A stretch of 63,387 nt of DNA, counting the filler, from Ministeria vibrans ATCC 50519 (lineage: Eukaryota; Protista; Filasterea): NCBI GenBank assembly GCA_943704425.1. It is 9 parts of 9 records of this genome, joined end to end, with 100 filler letters (N's around TTAATTAATTAA, not from the genome) between each part and the next. Parts side by side here need not be neighbours in the genome. Positions count along the whole stretch, not along the records: positions 32,106 to 42,899 come from CALSCP010002772.1; positions 43,000 to 55,842 come from CALSCP010000311.1; 7 more parts are not named here. One strand, written 5' to 3'. The number at the start of each line of letters is the position of its first letter. The stretch's first letter is position 1. Below, one piece after another: positions 35,601-44,692 of this stretch. The position numbers were made by a program, and so were the translations under genes. The notes under the pieces are model-generated. The model had not been told where the DNA came from. It was given only the letters and a program-made list of their open reading frames with translations, and searched no databases.

Positions 35601-38600
35601 TCCAATCCGTGCCACAATGGCGGTGCGTGTGTCGACGGTGTCAACTCATACACCTGCAATTGCGCTGCGGGCTATGCGGGCACTATTTGTCAGACCAACA
35701 TCAACGAGTGCGCTTCCAATCCATGCCAGAACGGCGGTGCATGTGTCGACGGTGTCAATGGCTACACCTGCAATTGCGCTGCAGGCTATGCAGGCACTAT
35801 TTGTCAGACCAACATCAACGAGTGCGCTTCCAATCCATGCCAGAACGACGGTGCATGTGTCGACGGTGTCAATGGCTACACGTGCAATTGCGCTGCAGGC
35901 TATGCAGGCACTGTTTGTCAGACCAACATCAACGAGTGTGCGTCCAATCCATGCCAGAACGGCGGTGCATGTGTCGACGGTGTCAATGGCTACACCTGCA
36001 ATTGCGCTGCAGGCTATGCGGGCACTATTTGTCAGACCAACATCAACGAGTGCGCTTCCAATCCATGCCAGAACGGCGGTGCATGTGTCGACGGTGTCAA
36101 TGGCTACACCTGCAACTGCGCTACCGGTTTCTTTGGGAGCCAGTGCCAGACCAACACGGACGAGTGTGCGTCCAACCCGTGCCACAACGGCGGTGAGTGC
36201 TCCGACACTGTTGCTGGCTACACGTGCAATTGCGCTGCGGGCTATGCGGGCACTGTTTGTCAGACCAACATCAACGAGTGCGCTTCCAATCCGTGTCACA
36301 ACGGCGGTGAGTGTGTCGATGGCATCGACGGCTACACTTGCAACTGCGCCGCTGGCTATGCAGGCGTTGTTTGCCAGACCAACATCAACGAGTGTGCCTC
36401 CAATCCATGCCAGAATGACAACCCGTGCCTTGACGGTGTCAACTCGTACATGTGTAGCTGCGTAGCTGGCTATGCTGGTACCCATTGTCAGACCAACATC
36501 AACGAATGTTCCTCAAGCCCATGTCAAAATGGCGGTGCGTGTGTCGACGGTATCAATGGCTACACGTGCAACTGCGTTACCGGCTTTTTTGGGAGCCAGT
36601 GCCAGACCAACACAGACGAGTGCGCTTCCAACCCGTGTCAAAACGGAGGTGTGTGCTCCGACACTGTTGCTGGCTACACGTGCAGCTGTGCCGCGGGTTT
36701 TAATGGCGCCCAGTGCCAGCTCAACGTCAACGAGTGCACCTCTAACCCCTGTCAGAATGGCGGCGCATGTGTCGATGGTGTCAATGGCTACACCTGCAGT
36801 TGTGCTGCCGGTTATGTTGGAACTGTCTGCCAGACCAACATCAACGAGTGCGCGTCGAACCCATGTAAAAATGGCGGTGCGTGTGTCGACGGTATCAACG
36901 GCTACACCTGTGATTGTGTCGCTGGCTACACCGACGCCCAATGCCAGTCCAATATCAACGAGTGCGCGTCGAACCCCTGTCAGAACGGTGGTGCTTGTGA
37001 GGATCACGTTAGCCGGTACTCGTGCCACTGTGTCGCAGGCTACGCTGGCACCCATTGCCAAACTAACGTCAACGAGTGCACCTCAAACCCCTGTCAAAAC
37101 GGCGGCGTATGTGTCGATGGCATAAACTCGTACACATGCAACTGTGCCGCAGGCTTTGCCGATTCCCAGTGTCAAGCCAACATCAACGAGTGTTCGTCGA
37201 ACCCTTGCCAGAATGACGCCGCCTGCAACGATGGCGTCAATTCGTTTACATGCGGTTGTGTTGCGGGCTACACCGGCACACTGTGCGAGACGGAAATTGA
37301 CGAGTGTGCCTCGAGCCCGTGTGAGCACGACGGCACCTGTACCGACCTCGTCAATGGTTTTTCGTGTGTTTGTGCAAGTCCGTACGTCGGAAGCACGTGT
37401 GGGGTCATCTTCAATGCGTGCGCCTCCAACCCTTGCGAGGGTGAGTCCACCTGCACCTACTCGGTGCTGGGGTACGTGTGCGAGTGCCCCATCTGGCGTG
37501 TGGGCCCGACCTGCAGTGACGAACCCAGTTCGAGCTCCATGCTCGATGGCCTCATGGGCCACAGTGACTACACCGCAATCGAGGCCTACGGCGAGCTCGT
37601 CACGGTCACGTACACCAGCGACTCGGTGGGCCCTTACATCTCCATTGTTGGCATGCTCACGACCAATGCATCCGCTGTCAACGTGCAGACGATTCCACTT
37701 ATGACGCAGGTTTTGCAGAAGATGCTCAACGACGTGTTCGACATGAGTGCTCTCTCCGACGATCGTTTGCAGACGGCCATTGACATTTTTGACTCGCTGG
37801 ACAGCTCCGATTCGCTTGCCACCGCTCTCGACACCATTGTTGATGCCGAGCAGCAGCCTTGGCGACTCCTCGAGCGATTTGTCGAGCAAACAAGTCCCGT
37901 CGAGTCGCTCTGCTCGTCCCTCGTGCGCATCACCGCCTCCGGTTCGGGTGCCATCCACTCGTCGGGCCAAACTGTGCAACCAGCGGGCATTTTCGGCACA
38001 ACCGAATTTGGTGTGGTTGGCAACACCTCGTTTGCGTTTGACGCACGCCTCGCCAGTACCATTCAGTCCGAGAGGAGCTGCGCCAAACTCCTCGTCAACG
38101 TCTTCAAGTCGGCCGTCTTCTTCCACAACCCACTCCTGGCGCAGACCATTGTAAGCGGTGTGGTGCAGGCGAGCTTTCCCACCACAGCACTGCCCAACCC
38201 ATTGCCCAACAACGCCACTGTGCGTCTGGACATTGAAACGAACACACTCATTGCAAGCACCTTGGACCAGATGAAATTTGTGTGTGCCGCCTGGAATCCC
38301 ATCGCTCTCAAGTGGGAACGCGACGGATGCAAGCGTGTGCCAAGCTCGATCAATGGTGTGATTCGTTGCGAATGCTCGCACATGACCAACTTTGCGCTGC
38401 TGTTCGATGCCAATGCCTACAGCGAAGGTCTGCACACCACCAACGGCAAGGTGCTGAGCGTCCTTTCGTATGTCAGCGTCGGCCTGGCCATCCTTGGGAG
38501 CGCCTCTGTTATTGTGGCGTACACGTGTTTGCGCAAGTTGCTCACCAAACCCATGCGTCTCGTGCTCTTCTGCAGCATTCTCATTTGCGCCACCGAACTC

Positions 38601-40253
38601 ATGTTCCTTGTCAACTCGCTTGTGGCAAGCACAGCAACAGCCGAAACGTGCTTTGCCGTGGGTGTCATGCTGCACTACTCGCTTCTCGCGCAGTTTACTT
38701 CGGTGTTGTGCATTGGTGTGAGCTTCCATCGTCTGCTGCGCAACGCCAAGCAGCTGACGAAGAAGAGCGTCCCGCGCATCATTTTGCTTGTGCTTGTGGT
38801 GCCTCTTGTTGTTGTTGGCATCTATCTGGCGGTGCTCGCGCTGCTTCCGTCTACCTCGGTGTCCTCTGCATACACTGACGTGGGCAATGCGGGTGCGTTG
38901 TGCTTTGTGACGGGCTCTGTGCGTCTCTGGGCGACTGTCGTTGTGCCCATCATGGTCGTGCTTGCCATCAACACGCTGTACTTTGTGCGCATTGTGGTTG
39001 GGCTGCGCCGCCAGCAGAAACTGCTGGCGGCCAAGGCACGCGAAAACCGCACGCTCGTGTTTATTTCGCTGGCCATTCTCTTGGGTCTTACCTGGTTCTT
39101 TGGTTTGCTTGTGGTCGCGGTTGACTCGGTTGCCAGCGAGTACCTGTTTGTTGTGTCCAATGGTATTGTGGGCGTCTTCCTCTTAGTCAATTATGCCTTC
39201 TCGCGCAAAGTTCGCTCGGGCTTCCGCGAGCTTGTCTCGACCTGGCGCACGCGCAAGAACCTCTCGGCGGCCAGTGCGGTCCGTCAGAAGCTGGGTGAGG
39301 GTCGCTACAAGGCGGGCTCAGCATCGGGCACGCGCAGTGGCAGTGGCAGTGGTGGAGGCAGCGCCAGCAGTCACCAGCAGATTGCAATGCGTCTCAGTAT
39401 GGGTACGTCATTGCCACAGGCGCTCCTGCTCTCCGAGCACGGAGCCGAGTCGCTTGTGAGCCTGCCTGTGGCACACGACAGCCAGGTGTTGGTGAGCCAG
39501 CACAGCGAGGGTCTCGACGACGGTCAGATTCCCGTTTCGTACCACAGCTCGTCGTCTCACACTGTGCCCGCCAGTCGTCCCCCCTCGCAAACACTTGTGC
39601 GTCGTCTTGTTAATCTCTTTTCGCGTGGCGATTCCAGCAATGCGTCTCGCGTGGAATCGTGGAGTGTTTCACCTTCGACTTCGCTGGCGAGTCGCTCGCG
39701 TGCTTCCCAAGGATTGGTGCAGAGCATTGAGATGAGCCATCGCGACTCGATTTCGCGCCCCGACGCCGTCAGCTTCTCTCCCGACCGGTCGCGCTCCTCC
39801 GTCGTGGGCAACCTCACCAAGAAGCACCGTAGCTCGTCGGTGGCCACGCATGTCTTTGACTATCGCTTTGACGATGTCGAGACGGCCTCTTGCTCGACAG
39901 CGAGTCCGCCAGGTTCCCCATCGCCCACAATGCACTTGCTCAACCAAATCATATCGCCTGGCATTTCGCGTCGTACGCCCGTCACGGCCAATCTCGCCGC
40001 GTCGCACTCGATCTCATCACTGGGCAACTCCATGTCGCTCGTCGAAGTCAACTCGTCGGGCTTTGAGTCGATGCGCGACAGCGATGACCTCGCCGGCTGG
40101 GGCGATGACCAGGCCAACCTTGCCGACAGCATGCCTGTCTGGGTGAGCGACAATGCTGACTCATCCTTGTCCGACATGACCCGAGGAGCTCTCAGGTCGT
40201 TTGCCTCCAATCTTGATGCCACAAATTCGCATCAGAACACTCATCGTGTTTAA
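32673..40253 (+). CDS. Adhesion GPCR: DUF4082-like domain, about 38 calcium-binding EGF repeats, GAIN/GPS, 7TM, Ser-rich tail; 5' exon(s) missing
   Basis: 38-aa repeats NINECASNPCQNGGACVDGVNGYTCNCAAGY; GPS CAAW...WERDGC...CECSHM|TNFALLF; seven TM helices with secretin-class motifs (CFAVGVMLHYSLLAQF, LLGLTWFFG, YLFVVSNGIVG). No ATG or signal peptide in the ORF, and a splice acceptor TTTAG ends at 32672. Confidence 0.93.
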   Translation, partial: AQHPVVDVTGATGSIQSSPGYVLGYDFSFNEATTIVAFGVYDYEANGLTTAKEIGLWELSSQTLVTTATVATGTNSPFITKYRYVMLPTPLTLSANVEYVIGVLEPSSSTDKVGFRADGVNFHRAFTFGLRRRVAGSTLAFPSQTASGFIGYIGPMLLTQDEYSGYQCLQSPCQSNPCQNSGACSATSKYFVQAYACTCTPGYMGTDCEVNINECKSNPCQNSGVCVDGSNSYTCNCVAGFNGAQCHININECASNPCNNGGACVDGVNGYTCNCAAGYAGNVCQTNINECASNPCQNGGACVDGVNGYTCNCAAGYFGDQCQVDVDECLSNPCQNNGVCSDTVNGYICNCAAGYNGVHCQTNIDECASNPCQHGGACVDNVNFYTCNCVAGYNGAQCQTNINECASNPCQHGSACLDGIDQYTCNCAAGYAGIHCQTNINECASNPCANAGVCVDGVNGYTCNCAAGYNGAQCQTNINECASNPCLNSGVCVDGVNGYTCNCVAGYNGIHCQTNINECASNPCQNSGVCIDGINGYTCNCAAGYVGIHCQTNINECASNPCQNGGACVDGVNGYTCNCAAGFFGNQCQANVDECASNPCQHNGACSDTVNGYTCDCVAGYEGTHCETNINECASSPCQNNGVCVDNLNSYTCTCVAGYNGAQCQTNINECVSNPCQNGGACVDGVNGYTCKCNSGYAGAVCQTEIDECVSNPCQNGGNCVDEIDMYTCVCILGYDGLQCQTNINECASNPCHNGGACVDGVNGYTCNCAAGYAGTVCQTNINECASNPCHNGGACVDGVNSYTCNCAAGYAGTICQTNINECASNPCQNGGACVDGVNGYTCNCATGFFGSQCQTNTDECASNPCHNGGECSDTVAGYTCNCAAGYAGTVCQTNINECASNPCHNGGECVDGINGYTCNCAAGYAGVVCQTNINECASNPCHNGGACVDGVNGYTCNCAAGYAGTVCQTNINECASNPCHNGGACVDGVNSYTCNCAAGYAGTICQTNINECASNPCQNGGACVDGVNGYTCNCAAGYAGTICQTNINECASNPCQNDGACVDGVNGYTCNCAAGYAGTVCQTNINECASNPCQNGGACVDGVNGYTCNCAAGYAGTICQTNINECASNPCQNGGACVDGVNGYTCNCATGFFGSQCQTNTDECASNPCHNGGECSDTVAGYTCNCAAGYAGTVCQTNINECASNPCHNGGECVDGIDGYTCNCAAGYAGVVCQTNINECASNPCQNDNPCLDGVNSYMCSCVAGYAGTHCQTNINECSSSPCQNGGACVDGINGYTCNCVTGFFGSQCQTNTDECASNPCQNGGVCSDTVAGYTCSCAAGFNGAQCQLNVNECTSNPCQNGGACVDGVNGYTCSCAAGYVGTVCQTNINECASNPCKNGGACVDGINGYTCDCVAGYTDAQCQSNINECASNPCQNGGACEDHVSRYSCHCVAGYAGTHCQTNVNECTSNPCQNGGVCVDGINSYTCNCAAGFADSQCQANINECSSNPCQNDAACNDGVNSFTCGCVAGYTGTLCETEIDECASSPCEHDGTCTDLVNGFSCVCASPYVGSTCGVIFNACASNPCEGESTCTYSVLGYVCECPIWRVGPTCSDEPSSSSMLDGLMGHSDYTAIEAYGELVTVTYTSDSVGPYISIVGMLTTNASAVNVQTIPLMTQVLQKMLNDVFDMSALSDDRLQTAIDIFDSLDSSDSLATALDTIVDAEQQPWRLLERFVEQTSPVESLCSSLVRITASGSGAIHSSGQTVQPAGIFGTTEFGVVGNTSFAFDARLASTIQSERSCAKLLVNVFKSAVFFHNPLLAQTIVSGVVQASFPTTALPNPLPNNATVRLDIETNTLIASTLDQMKFVCAAWNPIALKWERDGCKRVPSSINGVIRCECSHMTNFALLFDANAYSEGLHTTNGKVLSVLSYVSVGLAILGSASVIVAYTCLRKLLTKPMRLVLFCSILICATELMFLVNSLVASTATAETCFAVGVMLHYSLLAQFTSVLCIGVSFHRLLRNAKQLTKKSVPRIILLVLVVPLVVVGIYLAVLALLPSTSVSSAYTDVGNAGALCFVTGSVRLWATVVVPIMVVLAINTLYFVRIVVGLRRQQKLLAAKARENRTLVFISLAILLGLTWFFGLLVVAVDSVASEYLFVVSNGIVGVFLLVNYAFSRKVRSGFRELVSTWRTRKNLSAASAVRQKLGEGRYKAGSASGTRSGSGSGGGSASSHQQIAMRLSMGTSLPQALLLSEHGAESLVSLPVAHDSQVLVSQHSEGLDDGQIPVSYHSSSSHTVPASRPPSQTLVRRLVNLFSRGDSSNASRVESWSVSPSTSLASRSRASQGLVQSIEMSHRDSISRPDAVSFSPDRSRSSVVGNLTKKHRSSSVATHVFDYRFDDVETASCSTASPPGSPSPTMHLLNQIISPGISRRTPVTANLAASHSISSLGNSMSLVEVNSSGFESMRDSDDLAGWGDDQANLADSMPVWVSDNADSSLSDMTRGALRSFASNLDATNSHQNTHRV

Positions 40254-40436
40254 AAGAGGCGGCGAGCTTAATATCATTATTATTATTATATTATTCATAA
40301 TCATCTCTATTCATACTATTCATATCCCAATTCATATTATGTGTACGAATAAATACCATCATGCAGTCTCATTATTATTTTTATATCTACTTCCAATAAA
40401 TTGATAATAATTATGTCTTTTTGTCGTCACAATAAT

Positions 40437-40477
<41 letters not shown>

Positions 40478-40681
40478 AACCCATTTATTAATTGTTACTG
40501 ATGGAGTCATCACGTGAAGAGTGAAGAGTCTCAGAGTGAAGACATAGCCAAACGGCCGTGCAAACTCAACCGAAACTGTGTGTATATATTAAACAAACAA
40601 ACAAACAGTCTCATTGTGAGTATCTTCCATTTTCACACACATTATTTAAATTTTTTTTCTCACTCTTGTGTCTCAATCGCC

Positions 40682-40842
40682 ATGGCCGATTCTATTGCCG
40701 AGGCCGTTGTCGGGCCCATTTCGGAGCTGCTGAACCACCTTGTGATTTTGGCGGAGGACAGTGCAGACGATCAAATGTCAGACGATATGTGCACTAAGGT
40801 AAGAGAGCGTCTTTGCTTGCGCCGTGCTGATGGGCCACCCCG

Positions 40843-40877
<35 letters not shown>

Positions 40878-42760
40878 CTAGGTCCCCATGGTGATCCAGA
40901 CTGCAGGCGCTTTCATTCAGGTACAATGTTCCCCGACAAACACACAAAAAAACAGTTTTCTACTTCCCACGCATGTTTGAGCACGTCTGCGTCCTATCGA
41001 AGCCGCCTATAGGCATGTAAAGCGTCGATGTGGGCTATATGCGTGGCAACCGGCGGCCGCCATGGTCTGTTTTGAGTCTACGGCATTCTTGACGTCATAG
41101 ATCGTCATCGCTTTTTTTTTTTTTTTTTTTTTTTTCGCATTTCCCACAACGCGTCGCCTGTAAAGGGGTATTCTGGCCTCTGACCAACTTGCATCGCTTT
41201 GTGTGCGCCCAGGTGGTGGACAGCATGCGGCAGCAGAGTGGCGACGACGAAGAACTGGCGGTGGGGCTGCAGAAGAGCAAGGACCGCTGCGAGCAGGGCG
41301 TGGTGGTCATGAACTCTGCCTTGAGCAACCGCAGTCTGAAGGGTAACACGTGCAAAGCGAGAGGGACTGAGTGATTTTTTGAACTTGATCATAATAATTA
41401 CTATTCATTTTTTTGATTAGAACTGATCCAGGGAGTGCTTGAGATCCTTGAATCGGCGCGTCTTGCACTTGCCGAGTACGATGCTGCCATTCTCCGTCGT
41501 GTGTTTTACATGATCAATAAGAGCGAGGAACAGACCAAGATTTGCCTCGAGTCCAAACAGGTAAAGAAACAAAGCGAAACATTTTATTGATCTTTGTTAC
41601 AATTCCTCTGAAACGTTTCGTTTAATTTAGTGGTCGACACTTGTGTCGGACTGTACGGAGACCACCAAGACACACAGCAACATGTTGACGCACACGAGAG
41701 ACCGGGAAAAGGAGATTTTGAGCATCCCGCTGCGCACAGAGCTGATGGACACAGAGGCGCAAGTGGAGCGTGTGTCGCCGCGTCTGATTGCGGCTGCACG
41801 CGAGGTGGTGTCATCCGAGGGCTCGGCGTCCGCCAACGAGTTGATCCAGTCGATTGGCAACCAGCTGTACATGCTGTTTGAGAAGCTGCGTGAGATTCTG
41901 AGCAAGAAGAATGTGTTTGAGACGGGTATTTCTGACGACGGAAACCTCTTCGTCATGATGGAGACGACGCAGCAGAAGCTGCAGGGGCTCGTGGCGAACG
42001 TGCGCAAGGCCACTGCGGTCACAGTGGCGGCAGGTCGGTCACCGGGCAAGATTGACAAGTTGGAGCATCAGTCGCTGGTGGTGCAGGCGCTTGACTTTCA
42101 GAAGCGGGCGGTGATTCTGGCGGATGCAGCTGCTGAGATTGTCGGGATGATCAGTGACGAACAGGAGGCCAAGGAGGTGCGCGAGGCCATCAAGGTGATG
42201 CGCAAGACGGCACCCGATCTAGTTTCGGCGATCAAGAAAAACAAGGATGTCGACGGCAAGGCTGAGTCAGCAATGCAGGTACACCACAATGACTGTTGCA
42301 TGTGGAGTGTGTCATGTTGATTGAATGTGTTTGTGTGTGTGTGTTTAGGCGATGGATACAATGACGACACTTGTGGCGCAAGCTCTTGAGGGAGGGGTGC
42401 AGGCTGCACTGGAGGAGTTTATGGAGGAGTTGTGTGCGATGGGACGAGCGACGGAGAATCACGATGAGAAAGACTTGAACGCGCGCGTGGAGAACATTGT
42501 GCGTCTGATGCGAGTGCTAACGGATCGAGCACACACGCGTGCCCGTGTGAGCGGTGACCCAGGTGCGCTGCAGCGGGTCACGGCTGCGACGGCAATGATC
42601 AAGGAGCTGGCGCACACTGCGGCGTCGGCAGCGCGTGTCGTGTGCCGTCGCGAAGGGGGCACCGACGCCACTGAGAACTTTGTTGCGTCTGTGGCGGACC
42701 TCAAGGCCTGTCTGCGTAATGTCACGGGTGCCTTTATTGGTAATCAGACGAGTGCAGAGG
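40682..42760 (+). CDS. Vinculin/alpha-catenin family protein, N-terminal part, multi-exon, cut by contig end
   Basis: SIAEAVVGPISELLNHLVILAED resembles vinculin [49 protein letters not shown] resembles [34 protein letters not shown]...RTELM...VERVSPRLIAAAR resembles DERQQEL...RVMLV...VKELLPVLISAMK. Confidence 0.75.
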
Positions 42761-42999
42761 TAAGACGCGAATCAAAGACTAGAGAGTGTGTGAAATGTGT
42801 ATGTGTCCGAGCGAAATTTGATTGATTGTACTCTTTTGTTTTGTTTTGTTTTTTACATAATTATAGTTTTTCAGTTTTCGTTTGAAGGTCCACCATAATN
42901 NNNNNNNNNNNNNNNNNNNNNNNNNNNNNNNNNNNNNNNNNNNTTAATTAATTAANNNNNNNNNNNNNNNNNNNNNNNNNNNNNNNNNNNNNNNNNNNN

Positions 43000-44374
43000 G
43001 GAAGGCCTCATTGTTGTTGGCTGTTGGATCAACACGATTATCCGCTAGCAACAGTTCAACCACCGCCGAGTGACCGTTCCTACTGGCCTTTCGGATTGCA
43101 AAATTGTCGTAGGCAGCCGGATCGACACGACTCTCTGCTAGCAATAGCCTGACCACAGTCGAGTGACCGTACTCACTGGCAGCTCGGATGGCATAGTTGC
43201 AGTCAACTGCCGGATCAACACGACCGTCCGCTAGCAACAGCTGAACCACCGCTAAGTGACCGTTCGCACTGGCGTATCGGATGGCATGGTTGCTGTTAGC
43301 TGCCGGATCAACACGACAATCCGCTAACAACAGCTGAGCCACCGCCAAGTGACCGTTCGCACTGGCGTATCGGATGGCATGGTTGTTGCAGGCTGCCGGA
43401 TCCACGCGACCATCCGCTAGCAACAGCTGGACCACCTCTAAGTGACCGTTCAGACTGGTGTATCGGATGGCACGGTTGTCGTGGGCAGCCGGATCAACAC
43501 GACCGTCCGCTAGCAACAGCCGAGCCACTGCCGAGTGACCGTTCTCACTGGCGAGTCCGATGGCAGAATTATCGTTAGGTGCCGGATCGACGCGACTGTC
43601 CGCTAGCAACAGCTGAACCACCGCCAAGTGACCGTTCTCACTGGCGTATCGAATGGCTTCATTGTCGTCGGCGGCAGGATCAACTCGAGTATCGCTCAGC
43701 AACAGTTCAACCACTGCCACGTGGCCAGCCTCACTCGCGCGTCCGATTCCGTTTGTTCTCGTTGTTGAAGGGTCCACTTCACCAAGAAGACGCCTCACTG
43801 TCTCTTCCATGCCACACCCGCAAGCATACTCAAACAAGTCGCCAGCCTCAATTGCACTCACATCCACTCGTGGGTGCTCCAGTATCAACGCCCCCATTGA
43901 CCATTGAAGAGCGTCTAAAGAGCACTCCAACAAAAACTGAATGTCTCCAATTTCCAAATCGCGCTGTGACAAAACCTCACTGACAATGTCGGCCCGTCCT
44001 GCACGGCACGCGTGTTCCAACGCATGTGTAAGGCTGTCTGCAGCTGGATTAACGCATTGCGCAAGGAGCGACATGAGGCGAAAGAGCGACCGTTTTGTAG
44101 CGTGAGACAGCAAATGGCGAACAGTCTCAGAAGACATGCGACGCGCACCGTGCCATTTCGGGGGCGGTCGCCGCGTGCTCAGACGCAGCAGAACCTCCAG
44201 AGCAATCGCCACATCTTCGGCGTCGTCAGAGATCTTCGCCCGTGGCAGTGTTGTGAAACCTGTGTACGCGACAATTTCGCGCCACTCGTGGCTGACGCCC
44301 GACAAAATCACAGCCGATTGTGGGGTACACCAGCCGACAATAGCGCACTTGCAATCGAATGAGAGTCGTTCCAT
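43000..44374 (-). CDS. F-box-like plus ankyrin-repeat protein, intronless, 3' end cut by contig end
   Basis: The N-terminus MERLSFDCKCAIVGWCTPQSAVILSGVSHEWREIV is F-box-like. At least seven 34-aa repeats of the type DPAADDNEAIRYASENGHLAVVQLLLADSRV follow. Confidence 0.88.
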
Positions 44375-44413
44375 TACAAGAGTTAAAAATTTAATAATAA
44401 GAAGAAGAAGAAG

Positions 44414-44445
44414 AATACAACCCATTTATTCATTACAGTCACCAG
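44414..44445 (-). repeat. Short interspersed repeat, copy D (3' end only); copy E at about 40473-40492
   Basis: Reverse complement CTGGTGACTGTAATGAATAAATGGGTTGTATT followed by (CTT)n. Confidence 0.7.
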
Positions 44446-44692
44446 ATCTACAACAAAAGCACAAGTGCAATCGCTATCCAGTGAGGTAATCGCAATAATA
44501 AGAAGAAGAAGACATTTCCAATTTTTTTTACAAACGAAAAGCGACAACACACAAACAGCTCAGAACCACTTTCTAATAATATAATAATAATAATTATGTT
44601 ATTCAATATGATAATTCAATAATAATTGTTACGTCTCTCTCTTTCTCTCTCTCTCTCTGCATCTCTATCTCTTGTTGCATCATTATATCCTG

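Noticed and set aside
34141-38729. Long alternative-frame and antisense ORFs (774 aa, 548 aa, 279 aa and others)
   Set aside because: Shadow frames of the GC-rich repetitive EGF coding sequence.
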